From Catajapyx aquilonaris (taxonomy: Eukaryota): a stretch of 64,000 nucleotides of DNA. Where the stretch lies: NCBI GenBank assembly GCA_000934665.2, contig KZ537984.1:248001-312000 (forward strand), read 5' to 3'. The first letter of the stretch is position 1; the number at the start of each line of letters is the position of its first letter. Shown here in pieces: positions 1 to 14,100 of the stretch. The translations under genes and the position numbers were made by a program. The notes below the pieces were generated by a model. That model saw only the letters and a program-made list of their open reading frames with translations, was not told where the DNA came from and did not search any database.

Positions 1-1358
1 GATCGAGAACTTTTTTAATTAAGGAGCATCCCCAATTTATTTTATTGGGGGCAGAGGCTTAGGATTCCTATACCAGCTCCTTTTTCTTCTTCTTCTCCAC
101 CCTCACTCAAACTGACAAGAGGATTGAAACTCTGGCTTGATCAGCACCAAACGGAAAAAAGCCTTGGCTGTTGAAAGAAAAAGGCTGTCACTCGAGTTAT
201 TCAGAAGGTTTGTTTGGCGAGTGTGGCCTGCTGAAGTCTCAGGTGCCCTAGAGGCCTTTCTCATATCACCTGCGCAAAATTAAAAGGCCCGGAAGCAATG
301 TTCCTTGAAATGGTGGTCAGCTGACGTCGATTTACTGCTGGAAAATGCCCGCAAAGGGGGCAGTTTGTCCCGAGGAACGACCAGCAGGTGCCTGCCATTC
401 CACTTTGCCCTTTGTGGGGATTTATTGTGTGCGTGTTACGGAAAGAGGAGGAGGGGGGGGATGAGAACAGGGGTGGAAATAGTGCTTCTGCAGGTTTAGC
501 TCTATGGCCTATTTACCACCTCACTGGACCCAGAGGTGGATCCGCGTGAAACTTCACACTAGACCGTTATTTATAGTCAAACCCCCTTTCTATATCCTTC
601 CTTAAAAATGCTGATACGCTGCGTTGGATGCACCTTGGCCGGTATAGTGTTAATTTGCGGGAGTTGAAAGACATGAAGATCAGTTAACCGAAGTAAACGT
701 GGCAGTTTGGAGGAAAATTGCAGTTCATTTTACCGCTGCCAAAATGACCGTGTAAAACAACTATTGCGCTCTGGAAGTGTAAGATATACTCCTGATGTTC
801 ATTCATCCCATGTATAGCCAGGAAATAATATTATTCCTATGCAATATTTATGAGGGTCATTTAACAATATTGACAGCGCCATTGTTGGTCGGATGGTATG
901 GGATAAGCTCAGGGATTTATTAGCGCCACTGTGGTTACTCCGGAGCATTTTGGGCGCCCTAATCTAATGAACTAACTAGCGGTGAGAGCAAATGGTGTAA
1001 GAACACAGGTTGTTTTTTGCGCGGGTCCGATTTTTGCACCGAACCTGGCAGGATTTCAAGTCAGCGGGCTTCCCTCTCCATCTGATGGATTACTTCCTAT
1101 GATTCATCCCCGCTTGTCTTAGCACACATCCCTTTCGATCTCGAACACTCCCCAGCCGCATCTTTCATACCCTCTTCCACATCCCTCCCTATGAGCCACA
1201 TCCGACACGCAAAGTTTGCTAAGCAAAGACAATATTATAGATCATACATGCTGCGTGTCACATGCGCCCCTGATACAATCCCCATAGGATGCTGACCCCC
1301 CTCCTGGTCCCTATTGATAAGGATTGTCGTGGACCATTACATCGCCGAAGGAGGTGTA

Positions 1359-1503
1359 TACAGGGTTCTGTAATAATTTATGGGCACCATTTTTTTGTAG
1401 ATGGTCGAAGCTAACAGGATTCAAACACAGAATTGTTCGGTTTTTATCTGTAATATTAGTTCGGCACTAAAACGTTGTCGGTGCTATTTTGAGACACCCT
1501 GTT
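1359..1503. mobile_element. Degenerate ~145-bp MITE of the TACAGGGTG family
   Basis: Left TACAGGGT at 1359; right TTTTGAGACACCCTGT at 1487-1502 (reverse complement ACAGGGTGTCTCAAAA). The TIR match is short and the right TA reads TT. Confidence 0.45.
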
Positions 1504-2987
1504 CTGCGTATGGGTCCATCAATTAGGCGGTCTTCTCTACTTGATGCTGGCTATACCCAGGGATGGTTAGAGAGAATGCGTCTTGTGCCACTTCATCCAG
1601 CAGCCAACCGAGCGTAGATACCAGGCTGACAGCCAGCAGCGATGCTGACGAGCGATTTCCTAATTAGTTATAAAGCCTGGCTGGTTTCGATTCATTAGGG
1701 CCAACAATCACTTTATTATGGGATGCTGCGAATGGGGAGTCGAGTCCAGAATCCCGCCCCGACGATTCCTAATGAACTGGGAAGATGGATTGTGAAGAGG
1801 GTCCCTTGTGGGAGGGAGGCTCTATTACAGCATCACTGCCGGAAGCTGGAGCTCCCAAATTTTTTTTTACAATCCATATTTATAGTACATAGAGTTTGAG
1901 CAGGGGGTGCAATGGGGGGTTATCGGAGCACACGGTTGCGAGGTTTAATTGTTTCAGGACGAGTTGTCAAGCGTGTAATGAAGCAGCGTCGCAATTACGA
2001 CACTGGATAATGTATAGAGGACCAGAATCTGAGGATAATATAGAGAGGCGCTAACGTCTAAACTGCTACATGCATGAGGGATTAACAGTTACCACCACTT
2101 GAAGCAGCTGCACATGGGCTGAGTTCCAACTAAATTAACACTGTCTGTTTGATATTTTCTAAAAAGAAGCTGCCCTTTTTCTTCTTTTATTCGTCGCCTG
2201 GAATTACAGTATAACCTGTCTATATTGGACAATGACGGTTCCATTTAAAATGTCCAACTTAGTGTCCAACTATTATGGCCTGTTCTCGTTGTTGTTAGTA
2301 ACTGACAACTTTTGCACTTATTTGGTTGAATTTAAAATGTCAAAATATGATTTTGAAGGCTAATAATTTTTAAAGGTACATCCTGTACCTTTGTCACGAG
2401 CTCTTGAGCAAATTGGAGGCATGGTTCTGAATGTGCGTCTGCTGCATGGTAGAGAGGGGGGGGGGACACACACACAAACCTTGTTTTTGCGTGCGTGTGT
2501 GTAGGAATGGGATTGCGGTCTGAGGATTAGCATTTCACCTGTGGAGAATGGGAAGTGCAGGAGGGGGGCTTTTGGCAGCTGGCATTCTCCGGGTGGTGGC
2601 CACTGGAGGCAATTGGAAGTGGAGGAGGAGGAGGGCTATGGCTGGTGGGGGTATAAAGTGGGGGGATACCCTCTCCCATCCTCCCCCACACGACCTGTTT
2701 GCGCTCGTTTTTCACGGCGAATGCATTTCAAGGGCGTAATTTCATCAACGAAATTTTCGCTGGCTTTCCACCCCCTACCCTACTCCCTGCCTCTCCACCC
2801 TTTGCATGCGAATGGCTCGGTTTGACCAGCGAAAAACAAGCCATTTGCTAATTTGGGCTATCCGCATCGAGGAGCTCCGTTCCTGCGGAAACGGGATGCT
2901 CGAATTTACACTTAATGCGGAGTCATCAGGATGATTGTGTGAGGACGAGACGGATGACAGGATATGAGCCACGCATACTGCCGCATG

Positions 2988-3324
2988 TACAGGGTGGCGC
3001 ACATGCCCAACACCAACTGCGAGTCGGAAGTGGGGAAAAAGCGATGGATTAGTCACGCCAGTCGCGCATGCGTCGGAATGAACAGGCGCATGCGCGGATT
3101 GCGCGACTAATCCATCACCGTCGCACTGCAGAATAGCCACGAAATTGTGAAAATTAGCCAATATCTCATCAAATTCCCTAACGTCTGAAATTTTTGGACT
3201 TTTCGAGGCATATTGTTGCATCTCACCTGTGTGCCAAGTTTTTAGCTCGCTCATAGTCTGCAAGTGACACTTTCCGCTTACTGTAAATCGTGTATACTGT
3301 ACATAGGCACCTAGCCACCCGGTG
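2988..3324. mobile_element. Degenerate ~335-bp MITE-like element containing an internal 32-bp-stem hairpin
   Basis: Left TACAGGGTGGCGCACATGCC (2988-3007); the reverse complement of 3306-3323 reads ACCGGGTGGCTAGGTGCC, 9/10 over the first 10 nt and sharing the terminal TGCC. Right TSD not intact. Confidence 0.45.
3043..3116. repeat. Inverted repeat / stem-loop, 32-bp arms, 10-nt loop
   Basis: Left arm GATGGATTAGTCACGCCAGTCGCGCATGCGTC (3043-3074) versus reverse complement of 3085-3116, GATGGATTAGTCGCGCAATCCGCGCATGCGCC: 27/32 identical. Confidence 0.9.
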
Positions 3325-6300
3325 AAGACCTCATAAGGACCCCGACCCTCTTTTCCTTGCCCTTCATCTCCTTTTTTTTTTTAACGAGCGCATTCCGACC
3401 AAAGGGGGGTGAGCCGAATTATACAAATGGGATCCGCGACGCCCCGCCTCTATTTCGACTAATCGCTGTCCTGGCCCCCACGAATTTTTTCGGCTTACCG
3501 CCCTCATTTTCTTCTTATTGAAGGCTTAACTCAAGCTCATCGTCTTGATCCTGCTTGTAGCTCGGTGCGTTTCGGGCAACCCAGCTCTTTCGCTCTCGAA
3601 AAAAAAAAAAAAAACGAAAAAAATGTGGGATTAAAGCAAGGTCTCTCGCACGTCGCAACTGTGCAAAAGTTACGGTTACGATATGGCGCCTAATGTTGCG
3701 AAAAGTTTGCAACAGTAGCCCTTTGAGGCCGACTGCACTGCCAATTACTTCCCGTCTAATGGAAGAATCCAGGTGGCCTATATGCTCGGACGGATTTTCA
3801 CCGCTAGGACTTTGACGCAATCAGCAGGATTTCTTCTCTATGGCTCGATGGTATGGCGAGAAAAGGGGATAAAAATAATTGGTGCGCGGACACTAGGTGG
3901 CGGGCACGGGCATTTTGGAAGGTAAAGGATGCGATGACTGGTCAAGGGCCACTGTCCCAAAAAAATGTTAAATTTTGAACCCATTTGCAATGTATATGTG
4001 ACTGAAAGACGATTCAGAAATCAGATTACTGTACAGAAACTTTCATGATCCGGTTTGTTAAATAATGGATTTGTCATGCACTGTATACCTGTAAAGCTGT
4101 CGAATTAGCGCAGTAGTTGAATTTTTGTCATGCGTATTAAAAAACTAATTCCTCGTCGTGTGGCCTGTTTTTCGTTTAAAAAAAAAGAGCTTCAATCTGA
4201 CAGACGTGGAATTGTTGATGAGTTTTGTCGAGGGCTTCACCTATACCTTGTACCGTAGGCCATGCGTTGCCTGCGAGCTGCAGGCTAAGCCTACTTTGTG
4301 TTGCAAATCATTCGAAAACTTTCCTTGTTAAGAGCACTAATGCACATGCATTTGCTCAGATTTACATTTCTCCTGATGATTTATTCTATAATCACACGCA
4401 AACAATCTCATCTCTCTACTCGCTCCTGCATTTTAAGCCTAGGTTTTAGTCATAGGCGTGCTCTAATTATTTAATTTTTGCCTGCTGATGCGTGTATGTT
4501 TGCTTTTTGGACACTTAGCTGGACATTTAAATAAATTGGGGTTTCTGCTTAGTGTGCAGGTTGTCAAAAGAGTTTTGAACAAACATAACCAGCATCAGAA
4601 CTATAGCACTGTGAATGGTATACTGATTCAAGCAACATTCCAGTTAAATTAATGAGAACCTATAAGGGTTTATTTTCGTGAAGTTTGTCGGAATCATTAC
4701 AACAATATTCTGTGCCGTATACTTTATATTTTACGAGTGTAAAGAACTTGCGTTTTGAATCCAGTTGGCTAAAAGTCAGAGAGCGGACTTAACAATGGAA
4801 GTTGCGATTAGCTCGGGAATGTTTCGGTGGTTTGGCCCGGTTTAGCATTCAAAGGCGGTCTTTTTCACGGTTGGAAGTAACGAAAACACACAAACGATTC
4901 CAGAAGGAAAGCGCGGCATTCAGGATGTAGAAGCTTTGCGAAACTTGGGGGGTAACGTTGGTGGTTGGCAAGTTGCAGCTAAGTCAAGAGTCAAAGTTTG
5001 TAGAATAGTTACGCGGATCGGCTTGAGAAGAGGCTTAAAATTCGGTCGAGTAACATGCACCGAATATTTTATCAATTGCATTGTACCTGTGTGTGTGCAC
5101 ACAACTCCAGAAATGGCACAATATGGCATTGCACTAGATGCATTTTTACACTTCACACGGCTGTATACTAAACAAACTCGGATCCATAAACACGATTTGA
5201 CTCTTGACTTTTATTTACTAGTGTATATACTCTGGCGACTAAGTAGGAGACTATTTTTTCGCGAGCACGAAACATACTCCATTTCTCCCAGGAGCCTTAA
5301 ATTACTGTCGCTTCCTAAGCTTCGTGCATTTCCGACGTGAGTTTCTCGTAGTTTATCAAAGGGCTCCAAAGGCCCCTCCGTTTCCCTGGAGGAGGACGAA
5401 ACGTAGTTAGGCCTTGTTTTTCACGTCTTCATGACATGTGATGAAGAGAAACTTTTTTTCCCTGTACCCCTGCTAATAGCTTTGATGGTTACACGTGCCG
5501 GCTGATTGATTATTCACTGGAATTCTGGCCATTCACACGGAAAAGTGTGCCTGGACTAGACCTGGTCCAGTTCAGGGGGGTCATTGGCACTTTTATCCAA
5601 CTGAAAAAAAGGAATTGTTTTGCTTCCAGTTACGCCAAGTGCCAAAGCCATTTAACAGCCAATACATCATCTTGTACATAAATTGGCAACATTAAAGAGG
5701 ACATAATTTTAATGAGCTGTAATGTGCGTGTCACAAGCACATGTAGGCGCAGTAATTCAACAATCAGCTCGGCATCAAATTTTGATGCACTGTAAACATG
5801 TCATGCAGGGAGGCAGAATTTGTTATAGGCCAGTGTGGGGTGGTTTAATCACGCCCTTTCTCACCCCTCTCCCCCCCTCACCTCCCCCAACCCTGAATGG
5901 CAGTTGGGTGACCATGCATGTTGGCCATCCAGGCTGACCCTTATCCCATTTATTTCCTACCGTTTGAATGGGATGGGTGCTCTTAAAGGGAGGGGAGGAC
6001 AAGGGTTGGTTTGGCGGGTCGGAGGGAGCGAGGTCATCACACTATGAGGCGACACCACCGTCGCCATCAAAACAAAAGTGGGGGCCAGGCGTCTCTGGGA
6101 GAGAGGAATCCCCACGAGATTTTTCCTTTCCCTTCCCAGCAGCATCAGGGGAGAGGAAAAAAAAGAAGGGTGGAAAAGTGCAGTAACAAATTATCCGGAG
6201 CCTTAATTCGGTTACGGGCCAGGAGGAGGTGTCCAGGGAGAGAATGAGTCTCTCCGGACAGCTTGATGACGCCCTCTCTGTGTTGCCGGATCGACGCGTT

Positions 6301-8093
6301 ACATGCCTCATGTAATTTGACACATATATATGAAGTGAAGCAAATCTTTAATCCTGGGGATCACAAGTGTGTAAGGTGTACTTGCTATTATTGTAATTCT
6401 TCCGAGCACATTCAAGTGGGAGCTTGCTTTTGAAGTATACTTGAGCAATTCATCAAGCAGACGGGGGGAAAAGAACCGGAGTCATGGTGACTTGCGGACC
6501 CGGTGATTAATCTGCAGGGAGCAGTAAAATAGGCGCGTCCGGAATTGAGAATGAAGAGAGTCGACTGGAGTTGTGTGTCGGGTGAATACAGCCTTACTTG
6601 GCAACGTAGGGTGGGGACATGCAGACAACATCTGCTACGAACAGTGACAGATTCGGTGTCGCTTGTTCGCGGGGCTCAGAAAAGGGTCCAGCAGGGGATA
6701 TTGTGCAGAGGCGGCGAGTGTTGCTGGCCAGCAGCCTGTGCTGCCCGTTACTGCTACTGGATGTTCATGGGAGGGCTGCTGGGGATGGGGTGGGGGAGGG
6801 GACAACTTTGCATACGGATGAAAAACACCCCGCATTTGTGGGTGGGGGTGGGGGAGACCATTGTTCCCATGCTCCACCCTCACCAAAATAGGTGGAACGG
6901 ATTTTGGACCTGTTTGTGGGAGTGAGGACCCAATCAAATCGGGGCCCAATTATTCCGACCCATCTGGGATTAAGATTGGTCAGGCATTGTCAATAGAATA
7001 GTTACCTGCTCGCTTGGAAAGAATCGACGCTGCATGTTCTGTGGCAAAGCGCTCACAGTGATATATTGAATAATAAGGATATTGTTCTGGATCGTGCCAA
7101 CTGGTTTTTATGAATGGAACGGTTTTTGAAGGGGAGGAAAGTCAGAGTCACGCTTATTGTTGCGGTTGCCTGATGCAATATGATGAACTGCCCCTGATGT
7201 AATGGGGGGCAGAAACTATAGAGTCGGTTGTGAGAGATTCGAGATGGATTGCATGTCAAATAAATTGAAAGGTTGTGTAGCATAAGGCTCGAATCGAGTT
7301 TGAATTAAAGTACGCCTACTCATCGAATCGGTATCATAAAGTTGTTGGGATGGAACATTCGAGCTCATATCGATTTTTTCTTAAACTAATCTTAGCTGGA
7401 ATTAAGTTCAAAATGAATTAATCACCACTATAGAATATGAAATATTAATAATTTTTACTAGGTGCGAATATCAGATTTCTGTGATCTGTTTTTGTTGATG
7501 TGCGATGTTCACAGTGTGACCGTAAATATGATTTTGTTGAAAATCCAGTGTATAAACGGGGGCGTTATTCCATTTGGGACGGTTTTATTTTATATGGTTA
7601 GGGTGAACAAAATGTCATTAAAATTTTGACTGTTCCGGGAAATAAGTTGACTTCCCTAAATAAACACATTACCAGCACGCATGTGAATGTTTGATCGTTA
7701 TTCAATGACTCAGATAATGAAGTTGCACAAGCCTTTTGCCCTTTTTGGCACATACGCAATACTTGCGTTATGGTGCTGCAGATATTTCGACCCATTGCGT
7801 TGTGCTGCCATCAAAATTTACACTGCATTTGGGTAATTGAAAAAAAACTTGTATAGGCGTAAAACTAATTTTCTTGAATGTTTTTGATCACAATAATCAG
7901 GCACCTCAGCAATGCACTCTTCAATGTACGTTTCTGTATGCATAGTGTATACACTATGTAGAATTTTGAAGCATAAAGCGCAATGTAAACAAGGCACAAC
8001 TGAATTGGCTACTAAGTTTTTCATACCGTATAATTATGTATATTGAATGAAGTCCATTGTTCATCGTGTGTGAATTAAACATAACAATTTTTT

Positions 8094-8096
<3 letters not shown>

Positions 8097-8166
<70 letters not shown>
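8097..8166. repeat. (GA)35 microsatellite
   Basis: Uninterrupted GA dinucleotide run of 70 bp. Confidence 0.98.
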
Positions 8167-8168
<2 letters not shown>

Positions 8169-11100
8169 AGTATTTCTTGAGAATGTAAACTATTGTATAT
8201 TTTTTGTGGCGATTTGAAAAACTGCTAGGGGTTCACATGTAAGTAACGAAGTCTGAAACCGCTTACTGCCTTTGTTTTAATTCACGAGTTGAACTTGCTG
8301 GACTCTAACTCCTAATTTTGTGATGCTGTCCAGCAGACCTCTAGTAGTTTTGAGTCAAGCTTTTGGAAGGAGGAGTTGGGTTCGTAGAAATTGTTTAAAC
8401 TATACAAAAAAAATCTGAGTCGTTGCTGTTTAGCTGCTGCCAGGTGAGTAATGTTTTCAGGCCACTTGAAAACGTGACTTTCAAAGCCAGTCGTTTTGGA
8501 GAGATACCCCCCCCCTCCCACCCCCTAGTTTTCCGGCTTCATCCACCCGGAGGTACACAAGTTCCAACTGTTTCGCGGCAGTCGGCTAATAATCCCCTTT
8601 TCTCCGCGGATTTTCCTCAAATCTGAACAAATGCTAAATGGGACTTTAGTACTTAACGAGCAACCGGCGCACCTGCTGCTCGCCTGTAAACCGGAAACCA
8701 GCGTTGGAAATCGCCTAGAATATAGAAAGGGGAGGGGGGGAGAGATTCATATTTTGGCGTGAACAGAGCGAGAGGTGAAATGGGAGATTTGAGGAAGTAT
8801 TTGCAAAGCTTGCTCAGTGTCGAGGGGGCCCCGCTCTACATCGCCCATTGTTTGCGCCTCTTTTGTCCTTGTCTGCTCCGGCGATGGGATGAATGCTTGC
8901 CTGCCGTGGCTTTCCAACTTGGCACCGGAATAACTTGCCAGCATGGCCGTTACCAGCCGGGGAATAACCGATTTTGCATGGTTTTAATTAGGGATTGATA
9001 TATCTGCGCGGGGATTGGTCCAGATATATCCGTGTTTTTGCGGATGTAATGCTGCTGCTAATTCATTAATTTTGTACCTGGCAATGGTTAATAAATAATG
9101 CGGAAACCCCTGCAGTTAATTGCAATTGGGACTACCTACCTGTACACCGGACAACAGCTATAACGCACAAATTTTTTTGTAAGCAGTGTTCGGTTCTCTT
9201 TGGACCAGTGTGCATGGGCACAATTTGAAATTCACTCAAATCGCCCCAAGATATATATTTAAAAAAAACTAGTCGTATGTCAGGTGGTGACAGGCTATAT
9301 TGGTACGCACTCTAAACATGAATATTACATTCGCTCTGAAAGCTACAATACACCAGCTGTTACTGCGGCAATTCACAAGAGACTGGCATTCAGTTATGGG
9401 ATGCTGAGTGATTTTTCTGAAATTGTGGTCGCAGGAGGCACGTGTGTGTTGGAACAGAGCGACGGTTTTTTTATCGGTAACAAAAATATATCAAGTAAGC
9501 TAGTGAGCAACAGAAGTGCTAAAAAACAATTAAGATGATAAATTAAGCAATTTTGCAGCTTTACATTTTTATTATTGAAAGTTCAGGTAGTCAGAGCAAG
9601 TGATCGATATACAACGGTTGTATATATAAGATTTATAAAATGTTATCTGGTGTACAGTATACTACTGTAATTCTGACATCATATCGCAGTGGTTGCCAAA
9701 AATTAAAGCTCGTACTGGTATAATTCCTCGTGAAAACTACATACTGCCTGCATGTGAACAGCCGTTGTCATCTGAAAGTAGGATGAATGATTGTGTTACT
9801 GTATATCACTTAGTTAAGGCTAGCAACATCATGTCTTGCCTAGCAGAATGAAATGTGCACAAAATCCTCACTGTGAGGTAACTTTTAAAAGCGTATACTC
9901 GAGAGGTCTTGTGTGCTCAGAAGCAAATTCTACACACGCATGAAGGAAAATGCCAAAAAGCACTAGACCCATTGCTCTGACGTTACAGTAACTTTATGAC
10001 TGAATAAATGTGTATACGTTCACTCTGCACCACATACTGTAGCTTTAAACATACCTAAATTGGGAAAAAAATTATTACGTCTGCACGTAATACCTTGAGG
10101 TAGGTTATGTCACAGTACACTAAACCGCAGTGCCCAAATAATTAAAGTATAAGGCCAGACATTCACATTCGTTTTAACCTTACGTAAGCAGTAATTATTT
10201 TTTTAAAATTATTCCAGCGCAATTAATCTGCGACGTTAATAATAATTTTAATATTTTACTGTCCCAAATTGTTGGTGGCAAACTGCAACACCCCCTGTGG
10301 TGTACATGCAAAGATTGTGAAATACAGTCATGGTGTACATGGTATTAAAATGCAGGTAAGATTCGCAGGCAGGTTTGAATTTTGCAGACCCGATTTTGCA
10401 CGCTTATCAAGGTGGACTGGAGGACGCATTCCGAGCCGTCACGCGCTGCTCTCTGGTGAGGCACCTCAGAAGTTCATTCCATCCGAAACTAACCGGAAGT
10501 CAAATCTCATTGTGTCCATTATTATTAACGAGCATCCTGACTATTATTTATTCACAATATACCTGCTGCAACATACATGTGGTGCAACCTGCCTTGGCCA
10601 AACTGAGTGAGGCAAATCCATCTGTGCGAACCTCAAGGCCGATAACAGGTTTATCCGAGCTTTTGATGTTAAGTAGCCTCAGCCCCATTCCAGCGTTAAT
10701 CTCTTACCCTCCCAAAAACCCAAACCCGCCAAAGTTGTGGAATGCATTTCGCTTTTCGGCAGCCAATCGGCGAACTGGACCACCCCCTCCAAATGGTAGC
10801 CCTGTCTCGGGCGCTTAGGACAACAAATAGTCCCAATCCGGCACAAAATGACCCGTCCTAAATCAGGGTTAAAGGGATCATCGGGGCCAGGAAGCGTTCC
10901 TGTTAATTGAGAGAGGGAACTCTGAACGTGAGAGGTTATTTAGCAAAGACAAGGAGGGCCTTAATTGGATTTGTAGTTCCGGACCGCAAGCTATTGTCAA
11001 CAAACGGACTAGGCTTATTGTGTTTCTCAACTACCAGAAAAAGAGGCTATGCTAGGAAAGGAAAACCGGGCCTATAGATGGGGGTGGGCTTTACCTCCTT

Positions 11101-14100
11101 TTAGACAGTCGGCCCAGTCGCTTTTAGGCGGGCGACGGACTATTGTCCACAAGTTAATAGGTGGGATGACTATGGCTTGGGATCCGCACAATGACCGCAT
11201 CATATTCCACGGTGCAGGCATAGAGATGGACAGAGCTTTTGCACAGCTGGAGGAATCGTCCACCCTCACCCCCCCCCCTCCCCCTTTTTATTATGTCGTC
11301 CTCTTTTGTTTGCAGGACAATGCTTTTCGCCAACAGTTTTCTAAGGGTGGATACAGACAGGCCCGGATCGCCATTATTCTGCCCAAATGCACTTTGCTAT
11401 GCCCGTCCCCAAAGCCTTGTTACAATGAAGGAAGCGTTAAGTCGATATGTTATCTTCTCCCTTCCTATATGTCAGACTCTCTCTACTATGGGCCCGTTTA
11501 TCCCTATCTGTCCCGCCCACTATTTTCCTCTTTTTTTATCGGGATGACACGCGGAGATGACTCGGCCTTTATGTCAATCAGGTCTCGAGGGAATCGTTGC
11601 CGCACACATTGTTCTTGTAGTTGACTTGCTTTTTTTATACATCAGCGATGGACATCAGATTGACGATTTTGACCTATTAATCGCGAACTGTTGCTGTATC
11701 ATGGGAGAAAATCGGGCAGTGATTTATTCGCGATTGTGTTCAGAGCATTACGGTATAGTCGGATGGTATAAATATTAACAAACACAATATATTTCGTAAA
11801 GGCGATTAATTTTTGAACATGTTTTCTCTTTGCAGTTTGTTAGGTCAACAATTAGCCGCCCTTTGGCGCAATTCAGGTCTCATTGCTACCTCCCTCTCTC
11901 TCTCCCCGTGCACCTGGTAATTATTGCACGATGGGTAAGGCCGATAATTCCATTACGTTCCACTGTGGATGCAGTGCGCCGTAATTACATGCAATTTGTA
12001 ACTCGCAAGTTTTCGTAGCCTTTCTCAGATAATGACTTGAAGAGCGCGATATAAATGGGTTGTTGATGCGGCCTCTCGTCGTATACTATACTATATAGTA
12101 TCTTATTTTTCATCACGGTAAATTTGCTTGCTGGGAAAGTATCGATTTTAATTCCGACTGCGGTTGGAGAGGCCGCTACCCTGCTGCGAACAAGAAAATA
12201 ATTCGCCGGAGCCGAGATATGTTAAATTGGACCAGGCCTAACGAGCTCCAAAAGCAAAGCTTGTTGTTGCAAGGCTCCAGAAAATTGAGTAGTGTCTTGT
12301 TAGCGCACAAGACGCGATAATTTTGCAGTCCTTTTTTTAGCAATTAAAATTAACATTTGTCGAACATTTCGTATACCTGATTACATATTTATTCTTACAA
12401 TTTGATTTTTTTTAAACGAATTACCAGTGCAGGTATCGCGAGGTTTTTAGATAAATACGTAACGAGGCTTTTTAAAAAAGCGCTGTGCCTATCAATTGCT
12501 GCGTAGTACTGCATAATATCCCATTAGCGGTGGTTCCCTATCGACCTCCATTTTACATGGAAGCTTCTTAGGAGTCGCATTATATTACGGTCTATTTGCA
12601 TCATTTAGTAATCTGTAGTCGACCCCAGTGCGATACGGCTACACGACAGCATCCTAAACTGATGTAATAACAATATCCTTTAAAATATTTCTAGGTTCGT
12701 GCAAGTCAGGCGATGATTTTAATTATGAGCAGTATTAATATTGCGAATTAATAAATGTCTGAGTATGTATAGGCCTGCTGTAGAAGTTTCTATTATTATA
12801 ACGAGTAGAGATAGGCCCATTCTATAGGTCGATATTGTATAGGCTCTTATAGTCGACAGCCCAAAAAATGTATCCTGTTGTTGGTTAACAATGGAGTTTC
12901 CCAGCATCGCAGTAGACCACCCTGCTACAACTGCCGGGGTATATCTTATCGAATGAGGATCAAACCAGGAACACCCAGCATTTCGGTGGGGGGAGGGAAG
13001 GAGGGAATTATTAACAAAGGGAAGGCCCGAGGCGTGGCAATATAATGTAGTTCATTGTGTTGGGAGGAGGAAAAGGATTGGCTTCTGCCAGGATATGGTT
13101 TCATCCCCTTGTATGCGTCATGTCAGCCTCTGTAGTTGATGAGTAGATGCAAGCAGTCACTATATAGTCTCTCCAGATAATAAAAAAGAGGTTTTAAAAG
13201 TACAGTACATTTGTTCTAAAAATTTCCGGAGAAATGTTGGCATATGCTGATGATGTTACAACGCCCTTTATTTTAAAGAATGTTGTAGAGTGTTGAATCC
13301 TGGCAGTGGTTTAACTCTTGGGATTTTCCTCTCCTATTAGATGCTGCATCTAGTCGGGTTATAAAGCGTAGAGTTAAAATAGAGTCCTGGAGAGGACCTT
13401 ATGCAAGGGGTTTGTGCTCCCCCACAGCAGACAAGCTCTGGAGCCTGTGTTGGTAGCACTATTATCAGTGACATTTCCCGCCTCCGGGTTGTTTGGAACG
13501 TCCTCTTAAAGGAGCCTGAGGAAAATTTATGGTCGGAATCATCCTTACCTTTTCTAATGATAAGAGCAATAAGCACCGCGGGCTATAATGCCCTGTGCCA
13601 TCTTCCTGACAAATTGCGCCGGGGTTATATTCCTCTGCAAAGCGCTGATTATGTGGCCGCATTAAAGGAGGCGACCAAGGGACGTGTTTACCAGGGACGA
13701 CCATAGAGCTCTTCAAAAGTGTAAGGGAGAGGACACCCTTGTTGCAAAGTTGCAAATTGCGCCTTTTTCGCATTTTAAACATAAGAAAAGGATGGCAACA
13801 GATGCTGCCATTAATGTCACTTATGCTTAGCTAACCCTCCCTAAGTAATCTCATTAGGGGTTGAAATTAACGTAATCTATGGGCAATTATTTATGGAAAT
13901 TTTATTATCATTTTAAAATGCATTTTAATAGAATTAGAAGGGCACTTCCATATCGTAAAATTTCCCGAAAAATTTATTTATAGGCCTGTCGAAATCCAAA
14001 ATTTTATACATCTCATAATAATATTATATTCTATAAAATAGCAAATAGCTTCAATAAGGGTGAGACACAACGTCACGTGAAATAAATGTTGGCAGCTTTG

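Noticed and set aside
2775..3263. 162-aa minus-strand ORF
   Set aside because: Overlaps the MITE-like element and hairpin; no transposase or other motif recognisable.
11049..11624. Longest ORF (191 aa, + strand)
   Set aside because: No recognisable domain; runs through a poly-C tract (PPPPP) and T-rich tracts; length is within chance expectation for 64 kb of non-coding DNA.
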